In this document: in pieces, positions 20,366-31,234 of the stretch | Numbering within the stretch: position 1 is the first letter of the stretch | How the letters are laid out: every line of letters begins with the position of its first letter | Origin: Bryobacterales bacterium | GTDB lineage: Bacteria > Acidobacteriota > Terriglobia > Bryobacterales > Bryobacteraceae | Direction of reading: 5' to 3' | Length of the DNA: 64,000 nt | Assembly (NCBI GenBank): GCA_963840845.1 | Contig: CAWJBS010000108.1 | Span: 2,458-66,457, forward strand | Made by a program: the position numbers and the translations under genes | Notes under the pieces: model-generated | Database searches by the model: none | Seen by the model: only the letters and a program-made list of their open reading frames with translations | Told to the model about the DNA's origin: nothing

Positions 20366-21262
20366 CTAGTTGCCCGCCGGCGCCAGTGCTCCGTTTTTCC
20401 ACTCGCCGTTCGGCGTTAGCGTATAGTCTTTGCCGTCGTCTAAGTTGTGAACCACTACCCCATCGGCGCTCTTGCCAATCGGCAGAACTTTATTGGGTGA
20501 GGCGTCTCCGTTGCGCGGAACCAGCCAGTAATCAATAGTGCCGTCCGCCGTTTTGTGGGGCACGGCCATATCCGTCGGCTTGATTTCCAGCACGCGGTGC
20601 CAGTTCTTCGGAATCGTCGGACTCACCACTACCGATGTCGAGTCTTCATTTTGCTCTGTGTTGGCTGTCTGCGCCGGACGTTCACTATTGCTCTTGGCAA
20701 TGCGCTGCAAATCGCGGTTCGATTTCTCCACCGCCGCTTCTAATTGGTTCATCCGCTCCGAAGAAGAGACCAACGCTTTCGCCAAATGATCCACAGACGC
20801 GGCCACTTTTTGGTCTTGCGCATCCGTCTCTGGGGCAATCACGGTCGGCACGCTTACGGTGGTGCGCTCGGCGCTGGAAAACGGCGAGTGTCCCACGTAG
20901 CGAATATAAGCAATTCCTAATATCAGAATGGTCGCCCAAATTGCCACCAGCGCTCCCGCCAGCAGCGCGGTGTTAGATCGGCGCGGCGCCACTTCGCGCA
21001 AGTTCCCATAACCATAAGGCACCAGCGCCATCGATCGCGCTTCCAACTGGGTAAGCAAGCGCTCCACGCGAGCGGCCTCATCCAGCGTTTGCGGATTCAC
21101 AACCGGGGCTTCGGCGCGCGCAGGTTCCGCCGCGGCGGCGGCTGTAGCGGAATTCTCCGCTTCCGGCATACCTTCCGGGTTAACCAGGAGATGCAGCAGT
21201 TGTTTGCTGTTTGGTGTGTCTTTATCGGCGCTCCGCGAGGCCGCCGTGGCGAACGAACTCAT
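20366..21262 (-). CDS. Single-pass membrane protein of unknown function
   Basis: 298-aa ORF with one TM helix (LLAGALVAIWATILILGIAYI) and a coiled-coil-like segment. It lies downstream of a WecB/TagA glycosyltransferase. Confidence 0.55.
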   Translation of the reverse strand: MSSFATAASRSADKDTPNSKQLLHLLVNPEGMPEAENSATAAAAAEPARAEAPVVNPQTLDEAARVERLLTQLEARSMALVPYGYGNLREVAPRRSNTALLAGALVAIWATILILGIAYIRYVGHSPFSSAERTTVSVPTVIAPETDAQDQKVAASVDHLAKALVSSSERMNQLEAAVEKSNRDLQRIAKSNSERPAQTANTEQNEDSTSVVVSPTIPKNWHRVLEIKPTDMAVPHKTADGTIDYWLVPRNGDASPNKVLPIGKSADGVVVHNLDDGKDYTLTPNGEWKNGALAPAGN

Positions 21263-21339
21263 AACAGTCTTCCTTCTTTTGTTGAGTGATTAGCCGGCTT
21301 TTTTCGTTCCGGCTCATATTCTCTACGGAAGAAGTGTAT

Positions 21340-22113
21340 TCAGGGGTGGGATTCTCTTACTGTTTTCAGTCGTTGGATGAGCCACAGGGGCAGAAAGCGC
21401 GGTGTTATCAGCAAATATCGCCGCCAAAGGCGCTGCGGTTCGGTGCTTAATCGGAAAAACCACTCTAAGCCTAGCCGTTGCATCCACGCGGGCGCTTGCG
21501 GCGTATAACCCGCATGAAAATCGAAAGCTGCTCCCACGCCAATCATCGTCACACCCGGAAAATTCTGACGGTGCTCAAACATCCAGCGCTCTTGTTTCGG
21601 TGTGCTGATGCCAATAAACAGGATGCGCGCGCCTGATTGCCGTATGTCCGCCTGCACTTGCAGGTCTTCCTCCGCCGTCAGCGCACGGAACGGCGGCGAG
21701 TAACGGCCCGCAATCCGCAGGGCGGGGAACTTCTCTTTCAACCGGTGCTCCAACGGCGGCAACACCTCGGGCCGTCCGCCATATAAGTAGATACCGTGCC
21801 CATGCTGAGCCGCGCTTTCGCATAGATGCAGCATTAAGGTTGGCCCATACACTCGTTGTTGCCCCGCGCTGCCGAAAGACCGGAGCGCCCAAACCACCGG
21901 CATGCCATCGGGCGTGGCGATGTCGGCAGAATTGAGGATTTTCGCGAACGACGGATCGTCTTTCGCCAAAATAATCCCGTGCACTGACGTCACGCAAATA
22001 TAGTGGCCGCCCGCCGCCGGATCTGTCGCCCATTGCCGGCATAGCTCCACCACCTCGGCATAGCTCGTTTTGCTGATGCCCGCGCTGACAACGAATTGTT
22101 TTTCAGGAAGCAC
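21340..22113 (-). CDS. WecB/TagA/CpsF family glycosyltransferase
   Basis: ..ATPDGMPVVW..., IYLYGG, FIGISTPKQERWM, GVGAAFDFHAG and EWFFRL motifs. Confidence 0.85.
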   Translation of the reverse strand: MLPEKQFVVSAGISKTSYAEVVELCRQWATDPAAGGHYICVTSVHGIILAKDDPSFAKILNSADIATPDGMPVVWALRSFGSAGQQRVYGPTLMLHLCESAAQHGHGIYLYGGRPEVLPPLEHRLKEKFPALRIAGRYSPPFRALTAEEDLQVQADIRQSGARILFIGISTPKQERWMFEHRQNFPGVTMIGVGAAFDFHAGYTPQAPAWMQRLGLEWFFRLSTEPQRLWRRYLLITPRFLPLWLIQRLKTVRESHP

Positions 22114-22780
22114 GTAGTCTGGGTAAATCCTAAAGATAGCTCGCTGTTTCGTTCTAAACTAATAATTGTGAAGACCTTAATCGGAATTTTCTTACTTTCG
22201 GCTGTTTCCTCCGCCGTTTTGGTAGGCCAGTCGGCCGAACCCCGCAAGGCGCCGGAACTCGCGTTCACCGTTCCCGGTGAGGGCGAGAAACTGTTGAGCC
22301 AGTATCGCGGCAAAGTGGTCTGTTTGGAATTCATTCTCACCACCTGCCCCCACTGCCAGGCTTCTGCGCACGAACTCACCAAGTATCAACAGGAATTGGG
22401 CAAGCACGGATTCCAAGCTATCGACATCGCCATCAACGCCTTGGACAACATGCACAAGCCCGCGGAAGCCGCACAGATGGTGGAGGATTTTGCCCGCACC
22501 TATCAGGTGGGTTTCCCGGTCGGCTACATTCCGCGCGCCAGATGATGTCGTTCTTGACTGTCACCCCGGCCGAGCGCATGGTGGTGCCGCAAGTCGTTCT
22601 GATCGACCGCAAAGGTTTCATCCACTATCAGACCCTGCCGATAGCGGCCCGCAATGGGACGCCGTGGCCAAAGATCCCAATCTGCGCCAGCACATCGACG
22701 AATTGATGGCCCTCCCCGCCACCACCACCTCCGCTCATCCGAAGAGCAAAATGGTGGCCAGTACCGCGGCGAAGCAATAA
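22096..22780 (+). CDS. TlpA/redoxin-like thiol-disulfide oxidoreductase, 2 frame breaks (about 22540, 22630); true start probably internal (about 22168)
   Basis: Signal anchor and the TCPHC active site. The continuation ..QMMSFLTVTPAERMVVPQVVLIDRKGFIHYQT.. and the tail lie in other frames. Confidence 0.7.
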
Positions 22781-24830
22781 GTGGGATCTTCGTCCCGCTT
22801 CACCAACGCGCTCATCCACGAGAAAAGCCCCTACCTTAGGCAGCACGCCCATAATCCTGTGGATTGGCTGCCCTGGGGCCAAGCCGCTTTTGACAAAGCC
22901 CGCCTCGAAGATAAACCCATCTTCCTTTCCATCGGTTACTCCACTTGCCACTGGTGCCATGTCATGGCGCACGAATCTTTCGAAGACGAAAGCGTCGCGG
23001 AACTGTTGAACCGCGACTTCGTTCCCATCAAGATGGACCGCGAAGAGCGCCCCGATATCGACCGTATCTACATGCTCTTCGTGCAGGCCACCACCGGCAG
23101 CGGTGGATGGCCCATGTCGGTTTGGCTCACGCCCGAACTCAAGCCGTTTTTCGGTGGTACCTATTTCCCGCCCGATTCTCGTTACGGCCGTCCCGGCTTC
23201 CGCCAATTGCTTGCTCAGCTCACGCACGTTTGGAAAACGGAACGCGCCAAGGTCGAACTTTCTGGCACGAATGTTTCCGAACAACTGTAGGACATGGCGG
23301 CGACTTCGCTGTCTACTGTTGAGCCCGACGCTGACCTTCTCCACTCAGCCTTTCGTCAATTCGAACGCATGTACGACAAACGCCAAGGCGGCTTCGGCGG
23401 CGCACCTAAATTTCCCCGTCCCGTGGTCTCAATTTTCTGCAGCGCTACAGCTTCAAGAAAATAATCCCGAAGCGCTGGCCATGGTGACTCATACTCTGCA
23501 CGCCATGGCGGCCGGCGGCATGCATGATCAACTTGGCGGCGGCTTCCACCGCTATTCCGTTGACGACCACTGGTTTGTCCCCCACTTCGAGAAGATGCTC
23601 TACGATCAAGCTCAACTGGCCATCGCCTATCTCGAAGCGTTCCAGGCCACCGGCGACGAAAAGCTTGCCTCCGTAGCGCGCGATATTTTCGCCTATGTCC
23701 TCCGCGATTTGACCAGCCCCGAGGGCGGTTTCTACTCCGCCGAAGATGCTGACAGCCCCGATCCTGAGAACCCCTCCCATTCCGGCGAAGGCTCTTTCTA
23801 TATCTGGCGTCAGCGCGAAATTGAAGCTGTTGCCGGCGCCGATAGTCCTTTATTTTGCAAACACTTCGGTGTAGAACCGGAAGGAAATGTTGAGGTCGAT
23901 CCCCACGGCGAATTTCACGGCCGCAACATCCTTTTCCAAGCCGACCCAACACCCGCCAGTTCCGCAGTGTTAACCGCTGCTCAGAAGCTCTTAACCGTCC
24001 GCGCCCAACGACCGCGTCCGCATCTTGATAACAAAGTTCTCACTGCATGGAATGGTTTACAAATTTCAGCCTTCGCAAAGGGATATCGGGTTTTAGGCGA
24101 TCCTCGATATCTCGCCGCCGCCCAGCAGGCCGCCAAATTTGTGCTGGCCAAAATGTTCGAACCCGGCAGCGGCCAGTTGCTCCGCCGCTACTGCGATGGT
24201 GACGCCGCTGTCAATGCCTTCCTGGACGATTACGCCTTTCTTTCCAACGCTTTGCTCGATTTGTTTGAAGCAAAACCCGAAGCTTGGTTGCTGAAGTTTG
24301 CCGTCGATTTCGCCCAGCGCGGACTTGCCCGTTTTGAAGATCACGATGCCGGCGGATTCTTCAGCACTGAAGCCAACGTTGCCGACGTTTTGCTCCGCAT
24401 CAAAGACGATTACGATGGCGCCGAACCTTCCGGCAATTCCGTCGCCACCGACCTCCTCTTCCGCCTCAGCCAACTCACCGGCAATCCAGATTTTCAAAGG
24501 CAAGCCACCCGCTCCCTGCGCGCTTTCGCTCCCAAGATGAAAGCGCAGCCGACCATTGCGCCGGTGATGCTGGTTGCGTTAGGGCGCTCGCTCCACGAAC
24601 CGGAGCAGGTCATTCTCCGCGTGAAAGAAATTGACGCTGAATCCCAGAACCTGGAGCGCGGTTACACCCAAAAATTTTCTCCCTCCGCTGTTGTCCTCTC
24701 GATCAGTGACCAGTGCGCAGCGGAATTGCACGACGTTGCCCCGTTCCTCGCCAGCCTCGAACGCCGCGGCCGCATCACGATTTACGAGTGCCGCAATTTC
24801 ACCTGTCAGCTTCCGAAAGTGATCCAGTAA
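22781..24830 (+). CDS. Thioredoxin-domain protein of the YyaL/DUF255 family (N-terminal Trx-like plus six-hairpin glycosidase-like domain), several frame breaks (about 23280-23440)
   Basis: [39 protein letters not shown], then [33 protein letters not shown]. Confidence 0.85.
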
Positions 24831-24876
24831 ACGGCGCGCGCTTTTTCTCAAGCCCGCGATGCTACACTGATGCCGC

Positions 24877-25404
24877 ATGGCTAATCAAACTGAAAACCGT
24901 TCGACGATTTTAATGGGCAAGCCCGTGGCACTCGCGGGCCCGCAACTCAAGGCTGGTGACAAGGCTCCCGACTTTGATGTGGTTGACGCCAAACTCCAGC
25001 CAGTGAATCTGGCGGGCACCGGTAGTGGCGTGCGGATTCTGAGCGTAGTGCCGTCTTTGGATACCCCGGTGTGCGACGCCCAAACCAAACGTTTCGAAGA
25101 GGAAGCAGCCAAGATGTCTGACGTCAAAATCTTCACCGTCAGTATGGATCTCCCCTTTGCACAAAAACGCTGGTGCGGCAATTTCGGCATCAACCACGTC
25201 GGCATGTTGTCCGATCACAAGTCTGGCTCGTTCGGCGAAAACTACGGAACGCTGATTCCCGCGGTGCGCATCGAAAGCCGCGCCATTTTTGTCATTGACG
25301 GCAACAACGAACTCAAGCATGTGGAGTACGTGCCCGAAGTGAGCGCCCATCCAAATTACGAAGCCGCCTTGGACGCCGCGAAAGCAGCGCTGGGCAAGAA
25401 GTGA
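24877..25404 (+). CDS. tpx: Thiol peroxidase
   Basis: 175 aa with KAPDF, VPSLDTPVCD (peroxidatic Cys) and the AQKRWCG motif. Confidence 0.9.
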   Translation: MANQTENRSTILMGKPVALAGPQLKAGDKAPDFDVVDAKLQPVNLAGTGSGVRILSVVPSLDTPVCDAQTKRFEEEAAKMSDVKIFTVSMDLPFAQKRWCGNFGINHVGMLSDHKSGSFGENYGTLIPAVRIESRAIFVIDGNNELKHVEYVPEVSAHPNYEAALDAAKAALGKK

Positions 25405-25508
25405 AAGCAGGGGCGGCGTTCCCGCCCATTCACGCCATCTTCGATGACTGCTCTCAGTTCTTCCGAGGCGTCATCGTAGGGCGGTCGGGATAAAAGTACA
25501 AGCGGATC

Positions 25509-25858
25509 ATGGAAGTTCACTTCTCCCCAGAGCAAGAAGCCCAACTGTGGCAAATTACCAGACATACCGGCACGGCCGCCGAACAGGTTGTAAAAGAGGC
25601 TGCTCTCCGCTTGGTCGAAGAGACTTCTCGCTTTCTTACCGCCGTGCGCGAGGGCTTGGCGGAAGCAGACCGTGGCCAACTTGTGGACGACGACCAAGTC
25701 GCCGCTCCCGCGAGTTTCTGAAGCAGCTTAAGAAAGCAAGGGCCCGGTGGTACTGACGGTGGACGGGAAGGCTACGGCCATCGTGCCGGATGCGGAGGAC
25801 TGCGAGAGGCTGCTGAATATGGCGGCCATCTCACCGTCCGCGCGGGGCTCGACTTCGC
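25509..25858 (+). pseudogene. Remnants of two type II antitoxins (RHH/ParD-like, then Phd/YefM-like fragment), no intact toxin
   Basis: MEVHFSPEQEAQLWQITRHTG..VVKEAALRLVEE..GLAEADRGQLVDDD looks RHH-antitoxin-like. It is followed by ..GPVVLTVDGKATAIVPDAEDCERLLNMAA, a Phd/YefM N-terminal-like piece. Confidence 0.45.
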
Positions 25859-26926
25859 CTACCCCCGCGCGGCATCATACAGCGCCCGAATATACCCCAA
25901 ACTAAACGCCCACCCCGTTCTCCGATCCCCCACCATCTTCGGCACGTGATCCGCAATCAGAATCCCGCGGAAATCCACCTCCACCAGCGTCCGCATCAAC
26001 TTCCTCATATCCGTGTATCCGTCATCCACAAACGTCTCTGTAAAATCGGGCACCGGCGAAGTCACGTTCCGAAAATGAATCTTCCAAAGCTTGCCCATGC
26101 CGGCAAAGGCGCGCGCCGCCTCAAAGACATTCTTCCCCATCAAATCGCCGCCCTCCATCCACGTCCCACAACACAGGCACACACCAATGTTCGGACTATT
26201 GGCAATCGCCAGTGCGCGCTCATAGCCTGCAAAATTTCCAAAGATACAGCGCGGCACTCCACCTAGTTCCTTCATCGGCGGATCGTCCGGATGAATTCCA
26301 ATCCGCACACCCGTCTCTTCCGCCACCGGAACAACTTGCTTAATGAAGTATGTATAGTTCTCCCAAAGCTCCTCCTTGCTGAATTTCCGCCCATGCGAAA
26401 GCGGCTGATGAAATGTGGTTGTCGTCCAGTGCCCCTCCGCATCCGCCGCATGAAAGGCCCTCGCCGGTGCTCCGCCACGGGTCGTGCCTTGTGCCGAACT
26501 CCAAATGCCGTTGCCCATGTGCGCGTAAGTCGTGTAGTAAATCCCCGCCTTACTCAAATTCCGCAAATACTGTTTGTACTCCGCAATCTTTTCATCCCGG
26601 CCCGGCAAATTCAGCGTCACCTCCGGCATGTTGTGCACATTAGTGTTGCCTATGTTACTCAGCGTCAATCCCGCTGCCTCTACGCGCCGCTTCACGTCGG
26701 CGAACACTTCGTAAGTGCCACCGCTCGTACCTGTATTCACATAGCTCACGCCAATCTGTTTCGCGAACTGCAAATCTTCGTCCGTGAAATCCAGCGGCAT
26801 CTGCCACGTAATCTTGATGCCCGGCGAAAGGGGCTGCAGCGTTGCGCCCCCGCCAATCGCACTCGCCAACGGTCCCACCAACGCCGCCTTCGCAAACTCC
26901 CGTCGATTGCTCCGCTCATCCCGCAT
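25859..26926 (-). CDS. Mannonate dehydratase (UxuA) family protein with Tat-like N-terminus
   Basis: RREFAKAAL twin-arginine-like leader. IGIHPDDPP, HFRNV and ADHVP motifs of the UxuA / xylose-isomerase-like TIM barrel. Confidence 0.75.
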   Translation of the reverse strand: MRDERSNRREFAKAALVGPLASAIGGGATLQPLSPGIKITWQMPLDFTDEDLQFAKQIGVSYVNTGTSGGTYEVFADVKRRVEAAGLTLSNIGNTNVHNMPEVTLNLPGRDEKIAEYKQYLRNLSKAGIYYTTYAHMGNGIWSSAQGTTRGGAPARAFHAADAEGHWTTTTFHQPLSHGRKFSKEELWENYTYFIKQVVPVAEETGVRIGIHPDDPPMKELGGVPRCIFGNFAGYERALAIANSPNIGVCLCCGTWMEGGDLMGKNVFEAARAFAGMGKLWKIHFRNVTSPVPDFTETFVDDGYTDMRKLMRTLVEVDFRGILIADHVPKMVGDRRTGWAFSLGYIRALYDAARG

Positions 26927-26997
26927 GACTCAAACTCCTTTTCCGCGCTCCATCATATCCCCGTCAAAATGATTCAGCGTGATAGCCTCACATATTC

Positions 26998-28330
26998 ATG
27001 TCTATCGAAATCGCTGAACTGCTCGACCACGGCCCCTGGCCTCGCTTCGCCAAACTCGCTACGCTGCTCTTTGCGATCGCCATCATTTTCGACGGCTTCG
27101 ATATCTCCATCGTCGGCTTAGCTGTGCCATCTATCATTCAAGACTGGCACCTGCCGCGCGCGAGTTTCGCCCCTCTGCTGGTCATCGGCTTAATCGGTAT
27201 GACCGTCGGCTCCACCACAGCCGGCTTCATCGGTGACCGCATCGGCCGACGCGTTGCCTTGTCACTCAGCGTTCTTTTATTCGGCATGGCCGTCGCCGCC
27301 AGCGCTTTTGCTCCAAACCTGCTCACCATCGAAGTTTTACGCTTCATCGCAGCGTGTGGCATCGGCGGCGCTTTACCGAACGCGGCTACGATGAGCGGCG
27401 AATTTACCCCTATCAAAATGCGCACGGTCGCCGTCATGGCCACCATCATTTGCGTGCCCTTGGGGGGCGGCTTGGCTGGTTCCGTGGCCGGCGCAGTCTT
27501 GCCCTTGGCCGGTTGGCGGGCACTCTTCTTCATTGGTGGCATTCTGCCCATCTTGCTGTCGTTCGTGATGTTCTGGCTTGTTCCCGAATCGCCGCGCTTC
27601 TTATCGCGTCATCCCGAACGGGCACCGGAACTCGTCCGGCTGCTGGGCCGTTTGGGCCACACCGTTCCCGCCCGATGCGAGTTTCATCGAATCTGCCACC
27701 GCCGCCGCGACGCCGTCAGTGAATGATTTCTTTGGTCCTCGGCAGATTCGCAGTACGCTCTCGTTGTGGCTTACTTTTTTCGCCAGTGGGGCCACGGTGT
27801 ATATGTGTTACAGCTGGTTGCCGGCGCTGTTATCCGCCCGGGGATTGGGTTTAGCCGGCGATAGTCATGGGTTGGAGGCTTGGAACTACGGCGGCGTTGT
27901 GGGCGTTGTCGGCTTTGCTTTGTTGGTGAATCGCTTTGGCTCGCGGATTCTCACACTTACGGCCGCTTTGGGTGCAACCATTACAGCGCTCCTGCTGGTT
28001 GCGATGGGCGTAAAGCACGGTGTCAATCCGCTTCCGTTGCTGGCCGCGTTAGCCGCGCAAGGTTTCTTCGTCAACGCTCTGCAAACCAGCTTGTTTGCTT
28101 TGGGTGTTTATCTTTATCCCACGAGAGTGCGCGCCCGCGGCGTCGCCGTGGCTTCCGCTATGACCCGGCTCGGCGGCATTCTCAGCGCCTCGGTCGGCCC
28201 TTGGATCATTCAACTGGGGTCGGATCAATTCTTTGAATATTTAATGGCCGCCATGCTCATTGCGTTCGTGGGTATGACGTTGCTGCGCAATCACATTCCC
28301 AGAGTCGAGCCTAAGGCGCTTTGGCTGCAG
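26998..28330 (+). CDS. MFS transporter (aromatic-acid/H+ symporter-like), frame broken near 27690; 3' end uncertain
   Basis: GDRIGRR motif after TM2. There are 12 predicted helices across ORFs 26998..27726 and 27578..28531. Confidence 0.75.
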
Positions 28331-28333
28331 GCA

Positions 28334-29045
28334 CTAGCGCCTTCGCCGCGCTTCGCAGTCTTCCGCCACCAACGGCATCCCCGGCTCCATATGCGCGTTC
28401 GACTTCACGTTATACCGCGCCCGTGCCGCAAACAGCTTTTCTACTTCTTCCCGGGCAAGGCCTGCGCCCCGCCCAGCATCTCGGCCACAAACGTGATCCG
28501 CGCAAAATGTTCCACCGTCTCCATCCGGTAAAACGCCTGCCACACATCGGCGCCATACGACGTGCACCGTGATTTTCTAACAGCAGCGCATCGTAGTGCG
28601 GAATAAACGGCAGCATCCCATCGCTCAGCGCCGGCGTGCCAGGCAATCCATACTGCGCCAGCGGCACCGCGCCCAATTGAATAATGACCTCTGGCAGCAG
28701 CGCCTTGTCCAACGCTCGCCCTGCCGTAGCAAAGCCAGTCGCTACCGGCGGATGCGCGTGAACCACCGCATGCACGTCTGGTCTCAACGAATAAATGGTC
28801 GTGTGCATCGCGATCTCGCTCGTGCACGCACGCTGGCCGCGGACTTTCGTCCCGCCCATGTCGCAAACAATCAAGTCTTCCGCTTTCACCATTCCCTTGC
28901 TCACCGCCGTCGGCGTGCAAAGAATCAGATCCTCGCTCAACCTGATGCTCACATTCCCATCATTCGCCGCCACCCAACCCTTCTCATACACCTGGTGGCA
29001 AACGCGCACGAGGTCTTCCCGATGCTCCTGCTCAGTCTTACTCAT
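28334..29045 (-). CDS. Class II aldolase/adducin family protein, 2 frame breaks (about 28560, 28450)
   Basis: ..AANDGNVSIRL.., SEIAMHTTIY, VVHAHPP and LLENHGA motifs. The C-terminus (VSYGADVWQAFYRMETVEHFARI..) lies in other frames. Confidence 0.8.
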
Positions 29046-29123
29046 GCGAATCTGATTTTAGCAAGCTTGCTGCCAAAATATTCCGTTCGCGGTCCTTTCC
29101 CCGCTTCCCGCTACAATTAAACC

Positions 29124-30020
29124 GTGGAAAAAAGGCGAATGTGCCCCAACTGCCGGGCCTTCATTACAATCAGCGACCGCGTCTGCCCTTACTGCGAAGC
29201 CAACGTCGGCCCCCGCGCGGTCGATCTGCGCCCCAATGCCTTCGCCTCGTCTTTCTTGCCGAGCGCCAATCTCTCCGCCATGATTGTCCTCGCCATCAAC
29301 TTTGCCTTTTTCGCGGGCAGTCTCGTTCTTAGTCACAGCGCCACCGATACCACTGTCGATGTCGGCCAGTCTTATCCTCCCTATGACGTGGGCGCGTGGC
29401 TCTTTCGCCTCCTCTTAACTCACAATCGCGTGGCCTTCCTTTTCGCTGCCCCGTTTCATTTGCACGAAGGCCAGTGGTGGCGCTTTATCTCCGCTGGCTT
29501 CCTCCATGCCAGTTGGAGCCACCTCCTTATGAACTCATGGTCGCTCTTCATTCTCGTCACCGAAGTCGAACAGTTCTACGGCACCAACCGCCTCATCGTG
29601 GCGTATGTCTTCTCCACGTTTACCGGCTTCATGCTCGCCGCCATTCTCACCCCTACCAACGTCGTTCTCGGCGCATCGTGTGCTGCCTTTGGATTGATGG
29701 GCGTCATGCTCGCCATGGGTGTCTTTGGCAATCGCGCCGACCCGCTCACCCAACTGGTCCGCCAGCATTACGGCCAGTGGCTGGTCTTCGGGCTCGTCTT
29801 GAGCTTCTTCGGCAACATTAGTTTGTGGGGCCACGTCGGTGGCCTCATCGGTGGCTTCGCCGTCGGTGCTGTCGCCGGCCGACCTGGCCATCCCAACTCA
29901 CCCCGTGAGCTTTTTTGGAAAATCGCCGCCATCGCCTCCCTCGCCATCGTCGTCGCATGCTGGTATTTCGATTTCGCCAATATTTCGTATTTGCTAAAAC
30001 ATCCTGACGCTTCCATGTAG
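29124..30020 (+). CDS. Rhomboid family intramembrane serine protease with N-terminal zinc ribbon
   Basis: CPNC..CPYC zinc ribbon, FLHASWSHLLMN, GASCAAFGLMG (catalytic Ser) and GHVGGLIGG (catalytic His). Confidence 0.85.
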   Translation: MEKRRMCPNCRAFITISDRVCPYCEANVGPRAVDLRPNAFASSFLPSANLSAMIVLAINFAFFAGSLVLSHSATDTTVDVGQSYPPYDVGAWLFRLLLTHNRVAFLFAAPFHLHEGQWWRFISAGFLHASWSHLLMNSWSLFILVTEVEQFYGTNRLIVAYVFSTFTGFMLAAILTPTNVVLGASCAAFGLMGVMLAMGVFGNRADPLTQLVRQHYGQWLVFGLVLSFFGNISLWGHVGGLIGGFAVGAVAGRPGHPNSPRELFWKIAAIASLAIVVACWYFDFANISYLLKHPDASM

Positions 30021-30046
30021 AGTAGAATAGAAAGCAAAGATCGCTT

Positions 30047-31231
30047 TTGGCACAGCTACTCCTGCTTCGCGGGGCCAAGCAACTGTTGACTTTGCGTGGA
30101 CCCAGTGGTGTACGCCGTGGTGCGGCCCTCAATGATTTAGGAATTATAGAGGATGGTTCGGTCCTCATTCGAGATCGGAGAATTCTTTCGGTGGGCCCCA
30201 CCCGCCGAATTGAAAATCTGAAAGAAAGCCGGGGCGCTATTGACGTCCCCGTCACAGGTTGCGTGGTCATGCCGGGCTTCGTTGATCCCGCCATCCACGT
30301 CAGTCTTTACGAAAATCGCGACTCCGCCGCGTCCGTCGCTAAACGCAAAAAGGCCCTCAAGTTTTATGAGGAAAGCCTCCTGCTCATTCGTTCCTGTTTG
30401 CAGCACGGTACCCTGAACGCGCAAGTCAAGGTCTTCGCCGAAGCCGCCTCGCCCGCTGCCGATTTAGCCGCTCTGCGCCAGTTGGCCACCATCGGTAGCG
30501 TGCCCGTGTCCACTGTCCGCAGTTTGCGCCTCGCCACCACTGCGCTCGATGAGCCGAACCTCACCGCCTTGGCCACCCGCCTAGCCTTGCTCCGCCGCCG
30601 CAATTTCGTCCAGTGCCTCGAACTCTTGGCCACGCCCGATTTGAGTCCGCCCGGCCAGGCTTTCTGGGATGTGCTCGCCCAAAGCGGCTTGCCGCGCAAC
30701 CTCGTCTGGCCCGGCGGTGGCCCCGCCGACACCTTGCGCCATCTGCTTGAGCAAGCGCGCCCGCGCTCTGTCTTTTGCCCCGCCGAATTGAGCCCGTCCG
30801 AAACATTTGCTCTCGCTCACTCGCCTACCATCGCCGTCTTCAGTCCTTGTAAGGAGCTTCTGGAAGAGCGCGAGAATCCATCGGCGAAGAAACTCCTTGA
30901 CGCCGGCGGCGCCATCGCCCTCGCCAGCGGGTATGATTCTAAAGATGCGCCTATTTTCAGCATGCAAATGGTGGTGGCTCTAGCCGTGCTCCGTCTCCGC
31001 CTCACCGCCGAACAAGCCATCGCCGCTACCACCATCAACGCCGCCCACGCCCTCGGTTGCGCCGATGAAGTCGGCAGTCTCGAGGCCGGCAAGCGTGCCG
31101 ACATCTTGGTGCTCAGCCTTTCCGATTACCGCGAAATCCCTCGCCGCATCGGCGTCAATCAAGTCTTGATGGCCCTCCGCGAAGGCAACTTCATGATCAA
31201 CCGTCGCCGCGCTGCGAAAGCGAGTGCCTGA
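30047..31231 (+). CDS. Imidazolonepropionase-like amidohydrolase with a degenerate metal site
   Basis: HutI-like ends (..IEDGSVLIRDRRI.., ..INAAHALGCADEVGSLEAGKRADILVL..). However, PGFVDPAIHVSL replaces the usual DxHTH motif. Confidence 0.6.
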   Translation: MAQLLLLRGAKQLLTLRGPSGVRRGAALNDLGIIEDGSVLIRDRRILSVGPTRRIENLKESRGAIDVPVTGCVVMPGFVDPAIHVSLYENRDSAASVAKRKKALKFYEESLLLIRSCLQHGTLNAQVKVFAEAASPAADLAALRQLATIGSVPVSTVRSLRLATTALDEPNLTALATRLALLRRRNFVQCLELLATPDLSPPGQAFWDVLAQSGLPRNLVWPGGGPADTLRHLLEQARPRSVFCPAELSPSETFALAHSPTIAVFSPCKELLEERENPSAKKLLDAGGAIALASGYDSKDAPIFSMQMVVALAVLRLRLTAEQAIAATTINAAHALGCADEVGSLEAGKRADILVLSLSDYREIPRRIGVNQVLMALREGNFMINRRRAAKASA

Positions 31232-31234
31232 GCC

